DNA of 64,000 nt from an uncultured Candidatus Saccharibacteria bacterium (GCA_964434285.1 CAYSUJ010000001.1:168703-232702); one strand, 5' to 3'. Positions 8,625 through 18,315 are shown, counted from the first letter of the stretch. The notes: generated by a model not told the origin, from the letters alone. Translations and numbers: made by a program.

Positions 8625-10316
8625 CTATTCCAGATATTCCGGCTTGTTGTTTCTTAACCAGAGGAAAAAGGGATTCATGGACGGTGAAGCACCGGAAAGG
8701 GTGCCAGCTGGAGCACGTTCGAGAACGACAGCAAAAGCGTAGCGTGGTTTCTCATACGGCCAGAAGCCAATGACCCACGAGTTCATGTACTCATTTTTGG
8801 CACCCACCTGCGCAGTACCCGTTTTCCCGGCAAGCGATATTCCAGGAATGTTGAGTGCTGCTGCGGTTCCCCCCTCTAACACGGCAGCGCGCATGCCTTC
8901 ACGTGCAACTTGGAGATACTCGTCTTGAATGCCTATCGACTTCCCTTCCGGCTCTGCATCGAAAACGATGTGCGGCGTGAGTAGTGTTCCGCCATTCGCG
9001 AGCGCCGCCACATATCGAACCACTTGAAGCGGCGTGACTTGGAATCCGTATTGACCAATTGCAGTATTGTATGTATCGCCAAGCCGCCAATCTTCCTCAA
9101 ACACTTCCCGCTTCCACTCCGGCGTCGGGATAGTTCCTGCGAGCCCACCGGGAAGCGCAAATTCTGCAATCTCACCAAAACCAAAACGCTTTGCGTATTC
9201 ATCAATACGCGCAATTCCTAAGCCGCGCTGATCTTCAAACCCGCCGCCGATCGCGTAAAAATAGACGTCTGAGGAAACGGCGATTGCGCGACGCATGTCT
9301 GTCCATCCATGCGCGCGCCAGTCTTTAAAGACAGAGGGCTTTGAGGGTATGTAGGGATTTGGGATCGAAATGGAGCCGTTCGAAAAGATTTGTTTCTGTG
9401 GGCTAATCAGATTTTCTTGAAGCGCTGCAGCAGCGAACATGGGCTTCACGATGGAGCCGGGCGCATACAAGCCCGCGACAGCGCGGTTCAAGAGCGGCGT
9501 CGAGGAGTCGTTGTTCGCCGCAGAAACCACATTACTATCGCCTTCCGCAAATGCCTCAGTGTCATATTCAGGCACACTCACGAGAGCCAAGAGTTCTCCC
9601 GTGCGAACATCCATAATAGCGCCCGCGGCACCGCGAAACTTATTTGCCGCACTATGCTCGGCGAGGCGCCGAGCAAAAGCATCTTGTACCTCGGCATCAA
9701 TCGAGAGCTTAAGTTCTCCCCCTTCGCGCGGCGGATCAACTATGTCGGTGCGCACAAGTCCTCCGCGTGCGTCTGTCTCGTGCATGACACTGCCATTCTC
9801 CCCTGCGAGAACGTGATTAAATGCAGCCTCAACACCCGCGATGCCCTCATGCTCCTCGTTCCACCATCTTCCCGAAGCATCTGCTTTGGGGTAACGCACA
9901 AAACCGAGAATGTGTGAAAAGCCCGCGAGATCAATATGCCGCCGACGCGGAAATGGCAGTGTCGTTGTTGCATTGGGATCGGTTTCGAGTTCATTCCAGG
10001 CAAGTGCCGTGCCGTTCCTGTCGCTAATGATTCCCCGCGGCGCAAAGATGACAGAGCGTTCGAGGCGATTGTTACGAGAAATATCAGCATACGAAGCCCC
10101 TTCAACAACCTGCAGACGAAAGGCCTGCCCGGCAAACACCAAGAGTGCCAAACTGCACACAACACCAATCATGGTTATCGCGCGCGATGAAATTGGGCGC
10201 TCAACCCTGCCTTCTAGCGCTTCTTCGTCGAGGCGTGGAAGGTTGGTTGAATCAATGAAGATGTCCTCCGGAGCGATCTCGGCGGACATTCGTCTTTTTC
10301 GAGAGAAAAAGCGCAT
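8625..10316 (-). CDS. mrdA: penicillin-binding protein 2 (peptidoglycan D,D-transpeptidase); last gene of the mreBCD-pbp2 operon
   Basis: N-terminal TM, dimerisation domain, and a transpeptidase domain with the S-x-x-K, S-x-N and KTG triad (SSDVYFYAIGG ... KTGTAQV); position downstream of mreD. Confidence 0.8.
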   Translation of the reverse strand: MRFFSRKRRMSAEIAPEDIFIDSTNLPRLDEEALEGRVERPISSRAITMIGVVCSLALLVFAGQAFRLQVVEGASYADISRNNRLERSVIFAPRGIISDRNGTALAWNELETDPNATTTLPFPRRRHIDLAGFSHILGFVRYPKADASGRWWNEEHEGIAGVEAAFNHVLAGENGSVMHETDARGGLVRTDIVDPPREGGELKLSIDAEVQDAFARRLAEHSAANKFRGAAGAIMDVRTGELLALVSVPEYDTEAFAEGDSNVVSAANNDSSTPLLNRAVAGLYAPGSIVKPMFAAAALQENLISPQKQIFSNGSISIPNPYIPSKPSVFKDWRAHGWTDMRRAIAVSSDVYFYAIGGGFEDQRGLGIARIDEYAKRFGFGEIAEFALPGGLAGTIPTPEWKREVFEEDWRLGDTYNTAIGQYGFQVTPLQVVRYVAALANGGTLLTPHIVFDAEPEGKSIGIQDEYLQVAREGMRAAVLEGGTAAALNIPGISLAGKTGTAQVGAKNEYMNSWVIGFWPYEKPRYAFAVVLERAPAGTLSGASPSMNPFFLWLRNNKPEYLE

Positions 10317-10337
10317 ACCTGCACTATACCAAAGTGG

Positions 10338-10697
10338 CTATCGTGGTAACGTGGGACCCACGAGAAGCTCCCGCCGGACCGGCTCGAAGAGGATGAGGAG
10401 TGCAAAAGCCGTCATGGTGGCAAGCGGCAACCCGTACAGTGAAAAAGAGAAGGTAGAATGCCACATAAAATCCAGCGCCACTCCGATCGGTACGACCTCC
10501 CATGCTCTAAAGCGGGCACAGAGCGCAAGTGCGATGAGGAGCGTCATCCACCACGGAAAAAAGAGAGCGGAAACGGCGCAGAGAGAAGAAAGAATGAGAC
10601 GCGTTTTATTGAACAACATAGACAAAACGGAGCGTATCGAGATTAGTTGGTGTACGAATGAAGAGCGTTGCGGCTGCACTCGACGATGCAGAGTCAA
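10338..10697 (-). CDS. mreD: rod shape-determining protein MreD (putative); true start probably MLFNKTRLIL around 10619
   Basis: Small polytopic membrane protein located between mreC and pbp2. Confidence 0.45.
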   Translation of the reverse strand: MTLHRRVQPQRSSFVHQLISIRSVLSMLFNKTRLILSSLCAVSALFFPWWMTLLIALALCARFRAWEVVPIGVALDFMWHSTFSFSLYGLPLATMTAFALLILFEPVRRELLVGPTLPR

Positions 10698-11403
10698 GTT
10701 CCATAACGAGACCAGCTGGCCGACTTTCTAGGTGTGGGATGGTCACGACATCGCCAACGCGAAGCGGAGCTTCTCGCGGAGCCTCCCCGCGTGCGTTTCC
10801 ACCGCCGCGTCCTTTGAGGAGAATGGGAACATCGTTGATTGCCGCCTCGATCTCCTTGCCGGGAGCAAAAAGTGACTCCACGGTTGCAGTACGATCTTGC
10901 ACAGAAATAACCGTGCCGAGCACAAAGCCACCGGGTGTGAGCACAACCGCACCTTCCCTGAGGCCATAGCGCGCTCCGGCACCGATCACAAATGTGCCAT
11001 AAGGAGACGTGGCAAACGATGAGAGCACCGCAGCGCTCAGCCCCGTCTCTTCTTCGGCAGTGAGCTGCGCGAGCGCGCGGAGTTCTTCATTTTCGACACG
11101 AAGTGCGGTAGCGCGAGTGTCTTCCTCGGCGCGCCGCGCAAGCGCATCGTGCAACTCTTCATTTTCAGCAATGAGGGCTGCACGAGTTGCAAAACCATGT
11201 GCACTCGGCAATGCGTTCACAACGCTCGCAAGAGACGCCGAGGCAAGACCGCCCGCCTCACGGATCGATGAACGAAGCGTGCCCTGCGTCACATAATCCG
11301 CTCCGAAGACACCGAGTGCAAAAAGAGCAAGTACGAGAAACACGCGCATTGCGGATGAATCGCGCGGAACCCCTCTCGCGTATGTTGGTCGGCGTGGCTG
11401 CAT
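10606..11403 (-). CDS. mreC: rod shape-determining protein MreC
   Basis: N-terminal TM, coiled-coil region, C-terminal beta domain (VVTIPHLESRPAGLVMELDS...), position after mreB. Confidence 0.7.
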   Translation of the reverse strand: MQPRRPTYARGVPRDSSAMRVFLVLALFALGVFGADYVTQGTLRSSIREAGGLASASLASVVNALPSAHGFATRAALIAENEELHDALARRAEEDTRATALRVENEELRALAQLTAEEETGLSAAVLSSFATSPYGTFVIGAGARYGLREGAVVLTPGGFVLGTVISVQDRTATVESLFAPGKEIEAAINDVPILLKGRGGGNARGEAPREAPLRVGDVVTIPHLESRPAGLVMELDSASSSAAATLFIRTPTNLDTLRFVYVVQ

Positions 11404-11406
11404 AGC

Positions 11407-12474
11407 TTATTCAGAAGGCACGAGCTCGTCTTCGTTCGTAAGCAACGTGTCGCGGAAGCGCTCCATGTCGTCCAGAACGAGTGCTGTACCGCGAACAACA
11501 GCCGTAAGAGGATCGGATGCAACAATTACAGGTACGCCAAGTGCTGCGATCAGATACTCCGGAAGCCCGCGAATGTGCGCACCACCGCCCGCAAGATAGA
11601 TGCCGCGTTGCATGATGTCGGCAAGCAATTCCGGTGGTGTGGATTCAAGCACATCTTTCACTTGTTCCACTAAATCGTCGATTGAATGCCCAATAGCCGT
11701 GCGCACATCCTGATCCGAAACGACAATCTCGCGCGGGAGCCCGCTCACGAGATCGCGTCCGCGCGCAGTGAAAGAAATGGGCGTGCCTCGTAGAATCGTC
11801 GCCGCGGCGATTTTGATATCCTCGGCGGTTTTGTCGCCGATCAAGAGCTTATGCTCGTTTCTTAGGTGACCAATGATGTCTTGGTTGAATTTGTCGCCCG
11901 CGATGCGGATATTTCGCGCGTTCACGAGTCCCCCGAGTGCAACGACACCAACGTCCGTCGTCCCGCCACCAATATCAATCACCATACTCCCTGTTGGCTC
12001 GTGCACAGGAAGTTCAATGCCGATCGCTGCAGCCATCGGCTCTTCCACAATATGCACTTCGCGCGCGCCTGCGGCGCGCGCCGCATCCCGCACCGCCCGC
12101 ACTTCCACCGAGGTGATCCCTGATGGCACCCCCACAACCACGCGCGGCCCGAGGAGCTTGGTGTGCCCCGCTTGTGCTTTGCCAATGAGATAGCCGAGCA
12201 TTTCGCTCGTAATCTCGAAGTCCGATATCACGCCGTCCACAACGGGCTGCACCGCGACGATGTGCGGCGGTGTGCGCCCGAGCATATTTTTCGCCTCCTG
12301 CCCCACCGCAACCACCTGTCCTGTTTTCTGATTAAACGCGACGAGTGACGGCTCATTAATCACGATGCCGCGCCCTTTTACGTGCACAAGCGTGTTCGCC
12401 GTCCCTAAATCAATGCCGATGTCATTCGAGAAAAGCCCGAGTATTTTTTCCTTCCAGCGCCTGAGGGTGTTCAT
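11407..12474 (-). CDS. mreB: rod shape-determining actin homolog MreB
   Basis: DLGTANTLV phosphate-1 motif, DIGGGTTD, GGGA... actin/Hsp70 fold motifs across the full 355 aa. Confidence 0.9.
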   Translation of the reverse strand: MNTLRRWKEKILGLFSNDIGIDLGTANTLVHVKGRGIVINEPSLVAFNQKTGQVVAVGQEAKNMLGRTPPHIVAVQPVVDGVISDFEITSEMLGYLIGKAQAGHTKLLGPRVVVGVPSGITSVEVRAVRDAARAAGAREVHIVEEPMAAAIGIELPVHEPTGSMVIDIGGGTTDVGVVALGGLVNARNIRIAGDKFNQDIIGHLRNEHKLLIGDKTAEDIKIAAATILRGTPISFTARGRDLVSGLPREIVVSDQDVRTAIGHSIDDLVEQVKDVLESTPPELLADIMQRGIYLAGGGAHIRGLPEYLIAALGVPVIVASDPLTAVVRGTALVLDDMERFRDTLLTNEDELVPSE

Positions 12475-12479
12475 GGTGA

Positions 12480-13736
12480 TTATGCGTCATGCAGTATGTC
12501 GATAATGTCGCTCTCCGCGACCAGGGTTCCCTTACCCTCGCCTCGTTTAGTGAGTTCGAATCCTCCAGCCGAGATCGTTTTTTCTGAAATAACCAGCCTG
12601 AGGGGAATGCCGATGAGATCGGCGTCGGCAAATTTCTCGCCTGCGCGAAGATCGCGATCATCGTATAACACCTCGATATCACTCTCGCGAAACATCTCAT
12701 ACACGCGATCTGCTTCTTTTTGCACATCCGCATTCCCACTCGTGATGGAAACAAGATGTACCTGGTACGGCGCAACCTCCTTCGGCCAGATAATACCTTT
12801 GTCGTCGGCAAAGATTTCGACGATGGCACCCATAAGGCGCGTAATGCCAATGCCATATGAGCCGAGATGTACCGGTGTCTTGTTCCCGGCCTCATTCGTG
12901 AAATACAGACCGAGTTGTTCGGACTTCATCCCGCCGAAGTCGAAGATATTTCCGGTCTCGATTGATTTCACTTCCTCGAGCTCATCGCGCGTAATCTCGA
13001 GCTTCTTGAGCACGTCATCTCGCAAGACTTCCTGGTTCACGGCAATTTTCTTCCCGCGATGCAAATAAACAACATCTTCGCCAACATCCGAGAGCGTTTG
13101 GAATTCGTGCGAAAATTCAGTAAACGCACCACCCGAAGCGAAAGTCAGGAACGTACGATCTCCCAAACCGACACGCTCGAAGACGCGCAGATAAGCCTGA
13201 ATTGTCGCGTCGTAGAATTTCTTGTGCTCTTCCGGATCCTTCGTGTAGGAATACATGTCTTTCATTACGAACTCACGACCGCGCATGATCCCACTTTTCG
13301 CGCGTAATTCATTTCGCATCTTCGTTTGGAATTGGTAGACGTATGCTGGCAGATCGCGATAACTCGATACGAAGCTTGTCATCATCTCGGTGATAGGCTC
13401 TTCATGCGACCAACCGAAACCAATTTCTCCACCGCTCTTGAGTTCTGATTTAAACCAGACGTCGACTTTTTCGTCATCCCAACGGCCAGTCTTCTCCCAC
13501 AGCTCTTTGCGCTGCAGAGCTGTCATGATAATTTCCTGACCGCCGATCTTATTCATCTCCTCGCGCACGATTTGTTTTATCTTCTCAACGACACGCAATC
13601 CAAGCGGCAAATACGCGTAGACGCCAGCCATTTCTTTGTGCACATAACCTGCGCGAATCAAAAGCTGTGCATTCTTAGCCACCTCGTCCTTCGGGGCTTC
13701 TTTACGTGTGCGGGTGAAGAGCTGTGATTGCCTCAT
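12480..13736 (-). CDS. proS: prolyl-tRNA synthetase, minimal bacterial form of 418 aa with no editing insertion
   Basis: Class II aaRS motifs and a ProRS N-terminus (LIRAGYV..GVYAYLPLGLRV), C-terminal anticodon-binding domain. Its short length fits a reduced genome. Confidence 0.9.
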   Translation of the reverse strand: MRQSQLFTRTRKEAPKDEVAKNAQLLIRAGYVHKEMAGVYAYLPLGLRVVEKIKQIVREEMNKIGGQEIIMTALQRKELWEKTGRWDDEKVDVWFKSELKSGGEIGFGWSHEEPITEMMTSFVSSYRDLPAYVYQFQTKMRNELRAKSGIMRGREFVMKDMYSYTKDPEEHKKFYDATIQAYLRVFERVGLGDRTFLTFASGGAFTEFSHEFQTLSDVGEDVVYLHRGKKIAVNQEVLRDDVLKKLEITRDELEEVKSIETGNIFDFGGMKSEQLGLYFTNEAGNKTPVHLGSYGIGITRLMGAIVEIFADDKGIIWPKEVAPYQVHLVSITSGNADVQKEADRVYEMFRESDIEVLYDDRDLRAGEKFADADLIGIPLRLVISEKTISAGGFELTKRGEGKGTLVAESDIIDILHDA

Positions 13737-13848
13737 TAACGGCTATTCTACGCGGGATTACGTATTCACCAAACTTGACATTCCAGATTTTACCTTTACG
13801 ATGTTCACAGTAATGTGCGCCCTGAACCTGAAGAGGAAAGGAACGAAC

Positions 13849-14046
13849 ATGAGCACAACCAAATGGAGACTCAAGGGCTACGATACGTTTGAGGGCGAAT
13901 ACTACGATCTCGACGGCCAGTACGAGAACGAGCAAGAGGCTCAGGAAGCCGCACGGAGGCGCCTCAGCGAACTCGAAGTAACCCAGCCAAGTTCAAGTTC
14001 TGGGGGGGCAACACTTCGGCGGAATTCAGGACCGAGTGTATATTGA
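13849..14046 (+). CDS. small hypothetical protein (MSTTKWRLKGYDTFEGEYYDLDGQYENEQEAQEAARRRL...)
   Basis: GAGGAAAGGA ribosome-binding site before the ATG at 13849; the upstream part of the ORF listed in the track overlaps proS antisense and is discounted. Confidence 0.3.
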   Translation: MSTTKWRLKGYDTFEGEYYDLDGQYENEQEAQEAARRRLSELEVTQPSSSSGGATLRRNSGPSVY

Positions 14047-14103
14047 AGGTCCCCAAGGGCAGTGGTACAGGGCCTGATTCAGGGCCTGATTCGAACTTTG
14101 GAG

Positions 14104-14135
14104 ATGGCAAGGTCTGACCTTGCCATTTTTCTTTT
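14104..14135. terminator. hairpin ATGGCAAGG-tctgac-CTTGCCAT followed by TTTTCTTTT
   Basis: 8-9 bp stem and T-run between convergent genes. An adjacent tandem pair, AGGGCCTGATTC x2, lies at about 14065-14090. Confidence 0.55.
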
Positions 14136-15219
14136 ACGAGAGGAGGCGGGCGATGTCGTTGTAGGTCACGGCAAGCATAAGAACGACAATAAGAAGAATG
14201 CCTGCGGTGTTGAAGATGTTCACGACGAAGTGTGGCGGTGGGCGACGGATGACGGCCTCAAGACCGAGCAAAAAGAGTCGCCCGCCGTCGAGAGCGGGAA
14301 TTGGCACGAGATTGATAATCGCGAGATTTACTGAAATGAACGCGGCGAGCGCCAAGACCTGCCCCACGCCGTGGCGTGAGGCATTGCCCACGTAATCAAA
14401 AAGCCCGACCGGCCCGACGATTTCTTTTATATTCGGCTGCCCACCCGCGGCGTCGCGTGCGAGTTTCCACAAACCACGTGCCGTTTCTTTAAATGCAACA
14501 AGTGTGCGCGCTCCGGCCTCTTTGAAAGCAGCGCCGAGTGAGAGCGCGTCGTCCGTGACGAGCATGAGGCCAATCCCCACCGCTGGCCTATTGGCACTCC
14601 CCTCAACAACCGCATGCGCGGGAATCATCGTCGTCGTGAATACCTCTTGTTCGCGTCGGTACGTTACCTCTAGCGACTTTCCCCCACGTTCACCAACGAA
14701 ATTTACGACCGTGCCCGGCACGAGATCAGCCACGTTTCCCTTCTCATCAACAATGCGCGTGATTTCATCGCCCACTTTTAGACCTGAAACAGCCGCGGGA
14801 GAACCTGGCACGACGGTGTTGACGAGTAGCTGTGCATGTTCGATCTGCGATCGATCCGTAATGAGACGCGGCACACCAACAGTGAGCGCTCCAACAAACA
14901 GGAAATAGGCTGCAAGCGCGTTCATGGTGACACCTGCAATAAGAATAATCGCCTGCGCGTACTTCGGCGCACCCGCAAAACTTCCGCGCGAATGCGTCTC
15001 CCCATGTTCACCCCACAAACGGACGAACCCACCAAATGGAAGCCAGTTAAGTGTGTATTCTGTCCCGCCCCACGTGCCAAGCGTGAATGCGCGCGGCGGA
15101 TAGCCCACGCCAAATTCTTCCACCTTCACTTTAAACAGCTTCGCGGCAACGAAATGCCCGAGCTCGTGCACAACGATGAGGAAGACGAGGATGCCGAGAA
15201 CCAAAAGAGCGGTGGTCAT
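14134..15219 (-). CDS. rseP: RseP / site-2 protease, an M50 zinc metalloprotease with a PDZ domain
   Basis: HELGHFVAAK (HExxH) near the N-terminus, PDZ region, and a C-terminal motif in a TM segment. Confidence 0.85.
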   Translation of the reverse strand: MTTALLVLGILVFLIVVHELGHFVAAKLFKVKVEEFGVGYPPRAFTLGTWGGTEYTLNWLPFGGFVRLWGEHGETHSRGSFAGAPKYAQAIILIAGVTMNALAAYFLFVGALTVGVPRLITDRSQIEHAQLLVNTVVPGSPAAVSGLKVGDEITRIVDEKGNVADLVPGTVVNFVGERGGKSLEVTYRREQEVFTTTMIPAHAVVEGSANRPAVGIGLMLVTDDALSLGAAFKEAGARTLVAFKETARGLWKLARDAAGGQPNIKEIVGPVGLFDYVGNASRHGVGQVLALAAFISVNLAIINLVPIPALDGGRLFLLGLEAVIRRPPPHFVVNIFNTAGILLIVVLMLAVTYNDIARLLS

Positions 15220-15222
15220 GTA

Positions 15223-15774
15223 TCAACTGTGCATTTCTGCTTCCTTCTTCTCAAACGCCTTTTGCAGATCATCATTCATCGCATCTACCTTCTTCTGCAT
15301 CTCGTCTTTAAGGCGGAATTTTTCATCTTCATTAATCATTCCCTCTTCTTCCTGCGCCTGGATATCCTTCCAGCATTCATCGCGCGACTGGCGTACCGTC
15401 GTGCGCGCGTCTTCGAGCTTCGCTTTTGCGAGTTTAATCAGCTGCTCTCGGCGTTCACTGGTGAGCTCGGGGAACGAGACGCGCACGCCGGAAGCGTCTG
15501 ATCCGACGCCGACACCGAGATCGGCCTGCGTTATTGCGCGCTCAATATCTTTGATGATGCCCGGATCGAACGCCTGTACACGAAGTGAACGTGCGTCCTC
15601 AACGCCAATAGTCGCCACTTGCTTCAAGGGCATCATGGAGCCATATGCCTGCACAGAAATGCCATCAAGAATGGCCGGTGCAGCGCGACCAGTGCGCAGC
15701 CCCTGATATTCACGTCCGAGCCACTCCTTCGCGCCCGTAAGCTTTGTCTCAAATGATTTAAAATCGTATGCCAT
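15223..15774 (-). CDS. frr: ribosome recycling factor
   Basis: Full-length match to the RRF fold sequence: ...LKQVATIGVEDARSLRVQAFDPGIIKDIERAI... with a C-terminal coiled coil. Confidence 0.9.
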   Translation of the reverse strand: MAYDFKSFETKLTGAKEWLGREYQGLRTGRAAPAILDGISVQAYGSMMPLKQVATIGVEDARSLRVQAFDPGIIKDIERAITQADLGVGVGSDASGVRVSFPELTSERREQLIKLAKAKLEDARTTVRQSRDECWKDIQAQEEEGMINEDEKFRLKDEMQKKVDAMNDDLQKAFEKKEAEMHS

Positions 15775-15786
15775 GAGCGGATTGTA

Positions 15787-16431
15787 CTATACTTTCGGCA
15801 CGAGAAGCGCCACCTGCTCAAGGAGCGCCTTCAGAAGCGAGCCTTTGTCCCCCACAAATTTCTCGGCGCGGTAGATGGCGCGGAGCGCCTCGGCTCGATT
15901 CGACTCCTCGGCAAAGCGTCGTTCGAGCGCATGCAGAAATGCCCGCACCCCTGCCATATCGCGACCATCGTCATCGTGTTCGTAGAGTGACTTCAGCATT
16001 TCGATGCGTTTCTCGCGCGTTGCGGCGAGGAATTCGGACACATCCGGACCCGCTGCACCCTCAATATCTAAACGTTGCATTCGAGAGCGGATGGTCGGAA
16101 GCAGTGTATCTGGCGATGGAGTGACAATAAAGAACAGTGGATTTCCTGCGGGATCCTCGATCGTTTTAAGAAGTGCGTTCTGCGCTTCGGTTGTTGGCGC
16201 AGCAGCGAAAAAAACAATCACGCGGTGATCATCGCGCACGGGCTTCATGCGCGCACGGGCACGAATTTCCTCAGCTTCTGCGACACCGAATGCGCGATAC
16301 ACGCGCGAAAAGAGATCGGGACTTCCCTGAGAAATCACACCTTCGCTCTCCAAACGATCCACGAGGACAGGCAGCGCACCGACTCCGCCCGCAACCAAAT
16401 ACGCTCCAACATAGCGCTGTGCACTCGACAT
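15787..16431 (-). CDS. holB: DNA polymerase III delta-prime-like subunit (AAA+ clamp-loader component, short form)
   Basis: QNALLKTIEDP and TIRSR (sensor-2-like) motifs. ATG chosen at MSSAQRYVG (reverse complement of 16429-16431); the 238-aa ORF in the track is 5'-extended. Confidence 0.55.
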   Translation of the reverse strand: MSSAQRYVGAYLVAGGVGALPVLVDRLESEGVISQGSPDLFSRVYRAFGVAEAEEIRARARMKPVRDDHRVIVFFAAAPTTEAQNALLKTIEDPAGNPLFFIVTPSPDTLLPTIRSRMQRLDIEGAAGPDVSEFLAATREKRIEMLKSLYEHDDDGRDMAGVRAFLHALERRFAEESNRAEALRAIYRAEKFVGDKGSLLKALLEQVALLVPKV

Positions 16432-16469
16432 ACGGAGAGTATACCGCGCGGAGAGGTTATACTGGCAGC

Positions 16470-16967
16470 ATGCGCGTACAGAGCGACCTTGAAAAGACTG
16501 CACTCAAAGTTACCCGAGCGGTGGGTTCGCCGCCGTCTATCATTTTGCATTCATTGTTTTTCCTTGGCTGCTTTGTGCTTGCCTTCTCGGGGTTCATCGA
16601 TTTTGATCGCATGCTTCTCGTTCTTACAACCATCGTCTCCTTGGAGGCGATCTATCTAGCGATATTCATTCAAATGACGATCAACTACCAAGGTCAGGCA
16701 ATCGCGGAAGTCAGCGAGGACGTCGAGGAGATTCAAGAAGACGTGGAGGAAATCTCCGAGGATGTGGGAGAAATCCAAGAGGATGTCGAGGAGCTGCAGG
16801 AAAATGTCGAGGAAATCTCTGAAGACGTGGAAGAGATGTCAGAAGATGAAGAAACGGAGGAGGCTGCCGAAGAACGGCGAAAGAATGAGCAGAAACAAAC
16901 CCTCAATGTAATTCATGAGGATTTGAAACGCTTGCTTCTAAACATCGAACGAATGAACAAAAGCTAG
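16470..16967 (+). CDS. two-TM membrane protein with a C-terminal acidic heptad repeat array, (E-D/N-V-E/G-E-I/L/M-Q/S) x6
   Basis: Hydrophobic N-terminal half, then six 7-aa repeats encoded by a 21-bp tandem repeat. ATG at 16470; the upstream part of the ORF listed in the track is antisense to holB. Confidence 0.5.
   Translation: MRVQSDLEKTALKVTRAVGSPPSIILHSLFFLGCFVLAFSGFIDFDRMLLVLTTIVSLEAIYLAIFIQMTINYQGQAIAEVSEDVEEIQEDVEEISEDVGEIQEDVEELQENVEEISEDVEEMSEDEETEEAAEERRKNEQKQTLNVIHEDLKRLLLNIERMNKS
16716..16862 (+). repeat. 21-bp imperfect tandem repeat, about 6.5 copies (GAGGACGTCGAGGAGATTCAA-like)
   Basis: Direct reading: gaggacgtcgaggagattcaa / gaagacgtggaggaaatctcc / gaggatgtgggagaaatccaa / gaggatgtcgaggagctgcag / gaaaatgtcgaggaaatctct / gaagacgtggaagagatgtca. 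Confidence 0.7.
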
Positions 16968-17980
16968 CGCTTTGAGATGATGGCCTTCTTGTAAACGTCG
17001 AGGTGCTTCAATGCTTCACCAGTCCCCTTTGCAACACAGAATGGTGCATCTGCAGCAAGCTGCGCTTTCACGCCCGTCCGACGATAAATGAGTTCGGTGA
17101 AGTTACGCAGCTGCGAGGAACCACCGGTCATGATGATGCCGTTATCGATGATGTCAGCTGCAAGTTCTGGAGGGGTTTCCTGCAGCACCTCCTTAATGGC
17201 ATCAACCATGATGCGTAACTCTTTCGCAATTGCTTTTACTATCTCGTTTGATGACAATTCAATCGAACGCGGAAGCCCCGTCACATAATCGCGGCCCTTT
17301 ATCATCATCGTCAGCTCCTCTTCCAATGGGACCGCGCTCCCGATTTCAATCTTAATGCTTTCTGCATTGCGTTCGCCGACGGCGAGATTCAGATTTTTCT
17401 TGATGTAGTCTGCAATTGCGTGATCAATAGCATTCCCTGCACATTTGACCGAGGTAGACGCCACGATACCACCGAGCGAGATCACGGCAACGTCGGTAGT
17501 GCCACCACCGATGTCGACGATCATGTGCCCACGCGCCTCATGTATTGGAATGCCCGCACCGATCGCGGCGAGAATCGGCTCCTTAACAACATACGCCTGA
17601 CGCGCGCCCGCTTTCGTTGCGGCCTCGACGACCGCACGCCGCTCCGTCGAGGTGACCCCAGCGGGTACGGAGATCATGACTTCTGGACGAAAAAGATTCC
17701 ATGGGCCGAGCGCTTTCTTGATGTAGTAACGAAGCATCGCCTCGGTGACACGATAATCTGCGATGACACCGTCCTTCATGGGGCGGTAGGCACGGATCGC
17801 GTCTGGTGTGCGACCGATCATGTCTTTGGCATCGTTGCCAACTGCAAGAATTCGGTTGTCAGCGAGCGAAACCGCGACGACCGACGGTTCATTGAGGACA
17901 ATGCCGCGGCCCGGCACGAAGACGAGTACTGTTGTTGTGCCGAGGTCGATGCCGAGTTTCGGCTTAAAGAAAGACATCAT
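16964..17980 (-). CDS. second MreB/Mbl-type actin homolog; start chosen at MMSFFKPKLGIDLGTT
   Basis: IDLGTT, DIGGGTTD and other actin-fold motifs; clearly paralogous to the MreB at 11407..12474. Confidence 0.85.
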   Translation of the reverse strand: MMSFFKPKLGIDLGTTTVLVFVPGRGIVLNEPSVVAVSLADNRILAVGNDAKDMIGRTPDAIRAYRPMKDGVIADYRVTEAMLRYYIKKALGPWNLFRPEVMISVPAGVTSTERRAVVEAATKAGARQAYVVKEPILAAIGAGIPIHEARGHMIVDIGGGTTDVAVISLGGIVASTSVKCAGNAIDHAIADYIKKNLNLAVGERNAESIKIEIGSAVPLEEELTMMIKGRDYVTGLPRSIELSSNEIVKAIAKELRIMVDAIKEVLQETPPELAADIIDNGIIMTGGSSQLRNFTELIYRRTGVKAQLAADAPFCVAKGTGEALKHLDVYKKAIISKR

Positions 17981-18042
17981 GCGGATTGTAAGCAATTTGG
18001 GGTAAAAGGAAAGGCGCCGCGTATGCTCGCGGCGCCACTTCA

Positions 18043-18240
18043 TCACTCTCCCGCATAAGCAGGAATGAGCGCTTCATCTTCATGCTCCTGCGCTTCTGCA
18101 CGGCGCAAGGCCGCAGCAAAGCGAGCGTTTTTGGCAGTGTCATGCGCCCCGCACTCGTCAGCCCATTCAGCCCGACGCTCTGCTTCTTGCGCACGACGGT
18201 AACTCTTGGAAATGGGGTCTTTGCTTCTGTACGGCACCAT
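18043..18240 (-). CDS. small hypothetical protein, 65 aa
   Basis: Stop overlaps the start region of the downstream mreB paralog; no domain recognised. Confidence 0.2.
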   Translation of the reverse strand: MVPYRSKDPISKSYRRAQEAERRAEWADECGAHDTAKNARFAAALRRAEAQEHEDEALIPAYAGE

Positions 18241-18315
18241 CTGCGTTTCCTCCTATGCTGCCTGCGCGGCACAATGCCACGACTCCCGTGGGTGTGCAAG
18301 CAGTTATCCACCCCT

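Noticed and set aside
9910-10731. 273-aa + ORF and several other + ORFs between 9024 and 10190
   Set aside because: Antisense to pbp2 and mreD in a GC-rich region; Arg/Ser-rich low-complexity translation typical of shadow ORFs.
12496-13068. 190-aa + ORF inside proS, plus 17420..18058 inside the mreB paralog and 14836..15706 inside rseP/frr
   Set aside because: Antisense shadows of strongly supported conserved genes.
16173-16469. N-terminal 100 aa of the 264-aa + ORF
   Set aside because: Overlaps holB on the opposite strand. Only the part from the ATG at 16470, which has TM segments and repeats, is credible.
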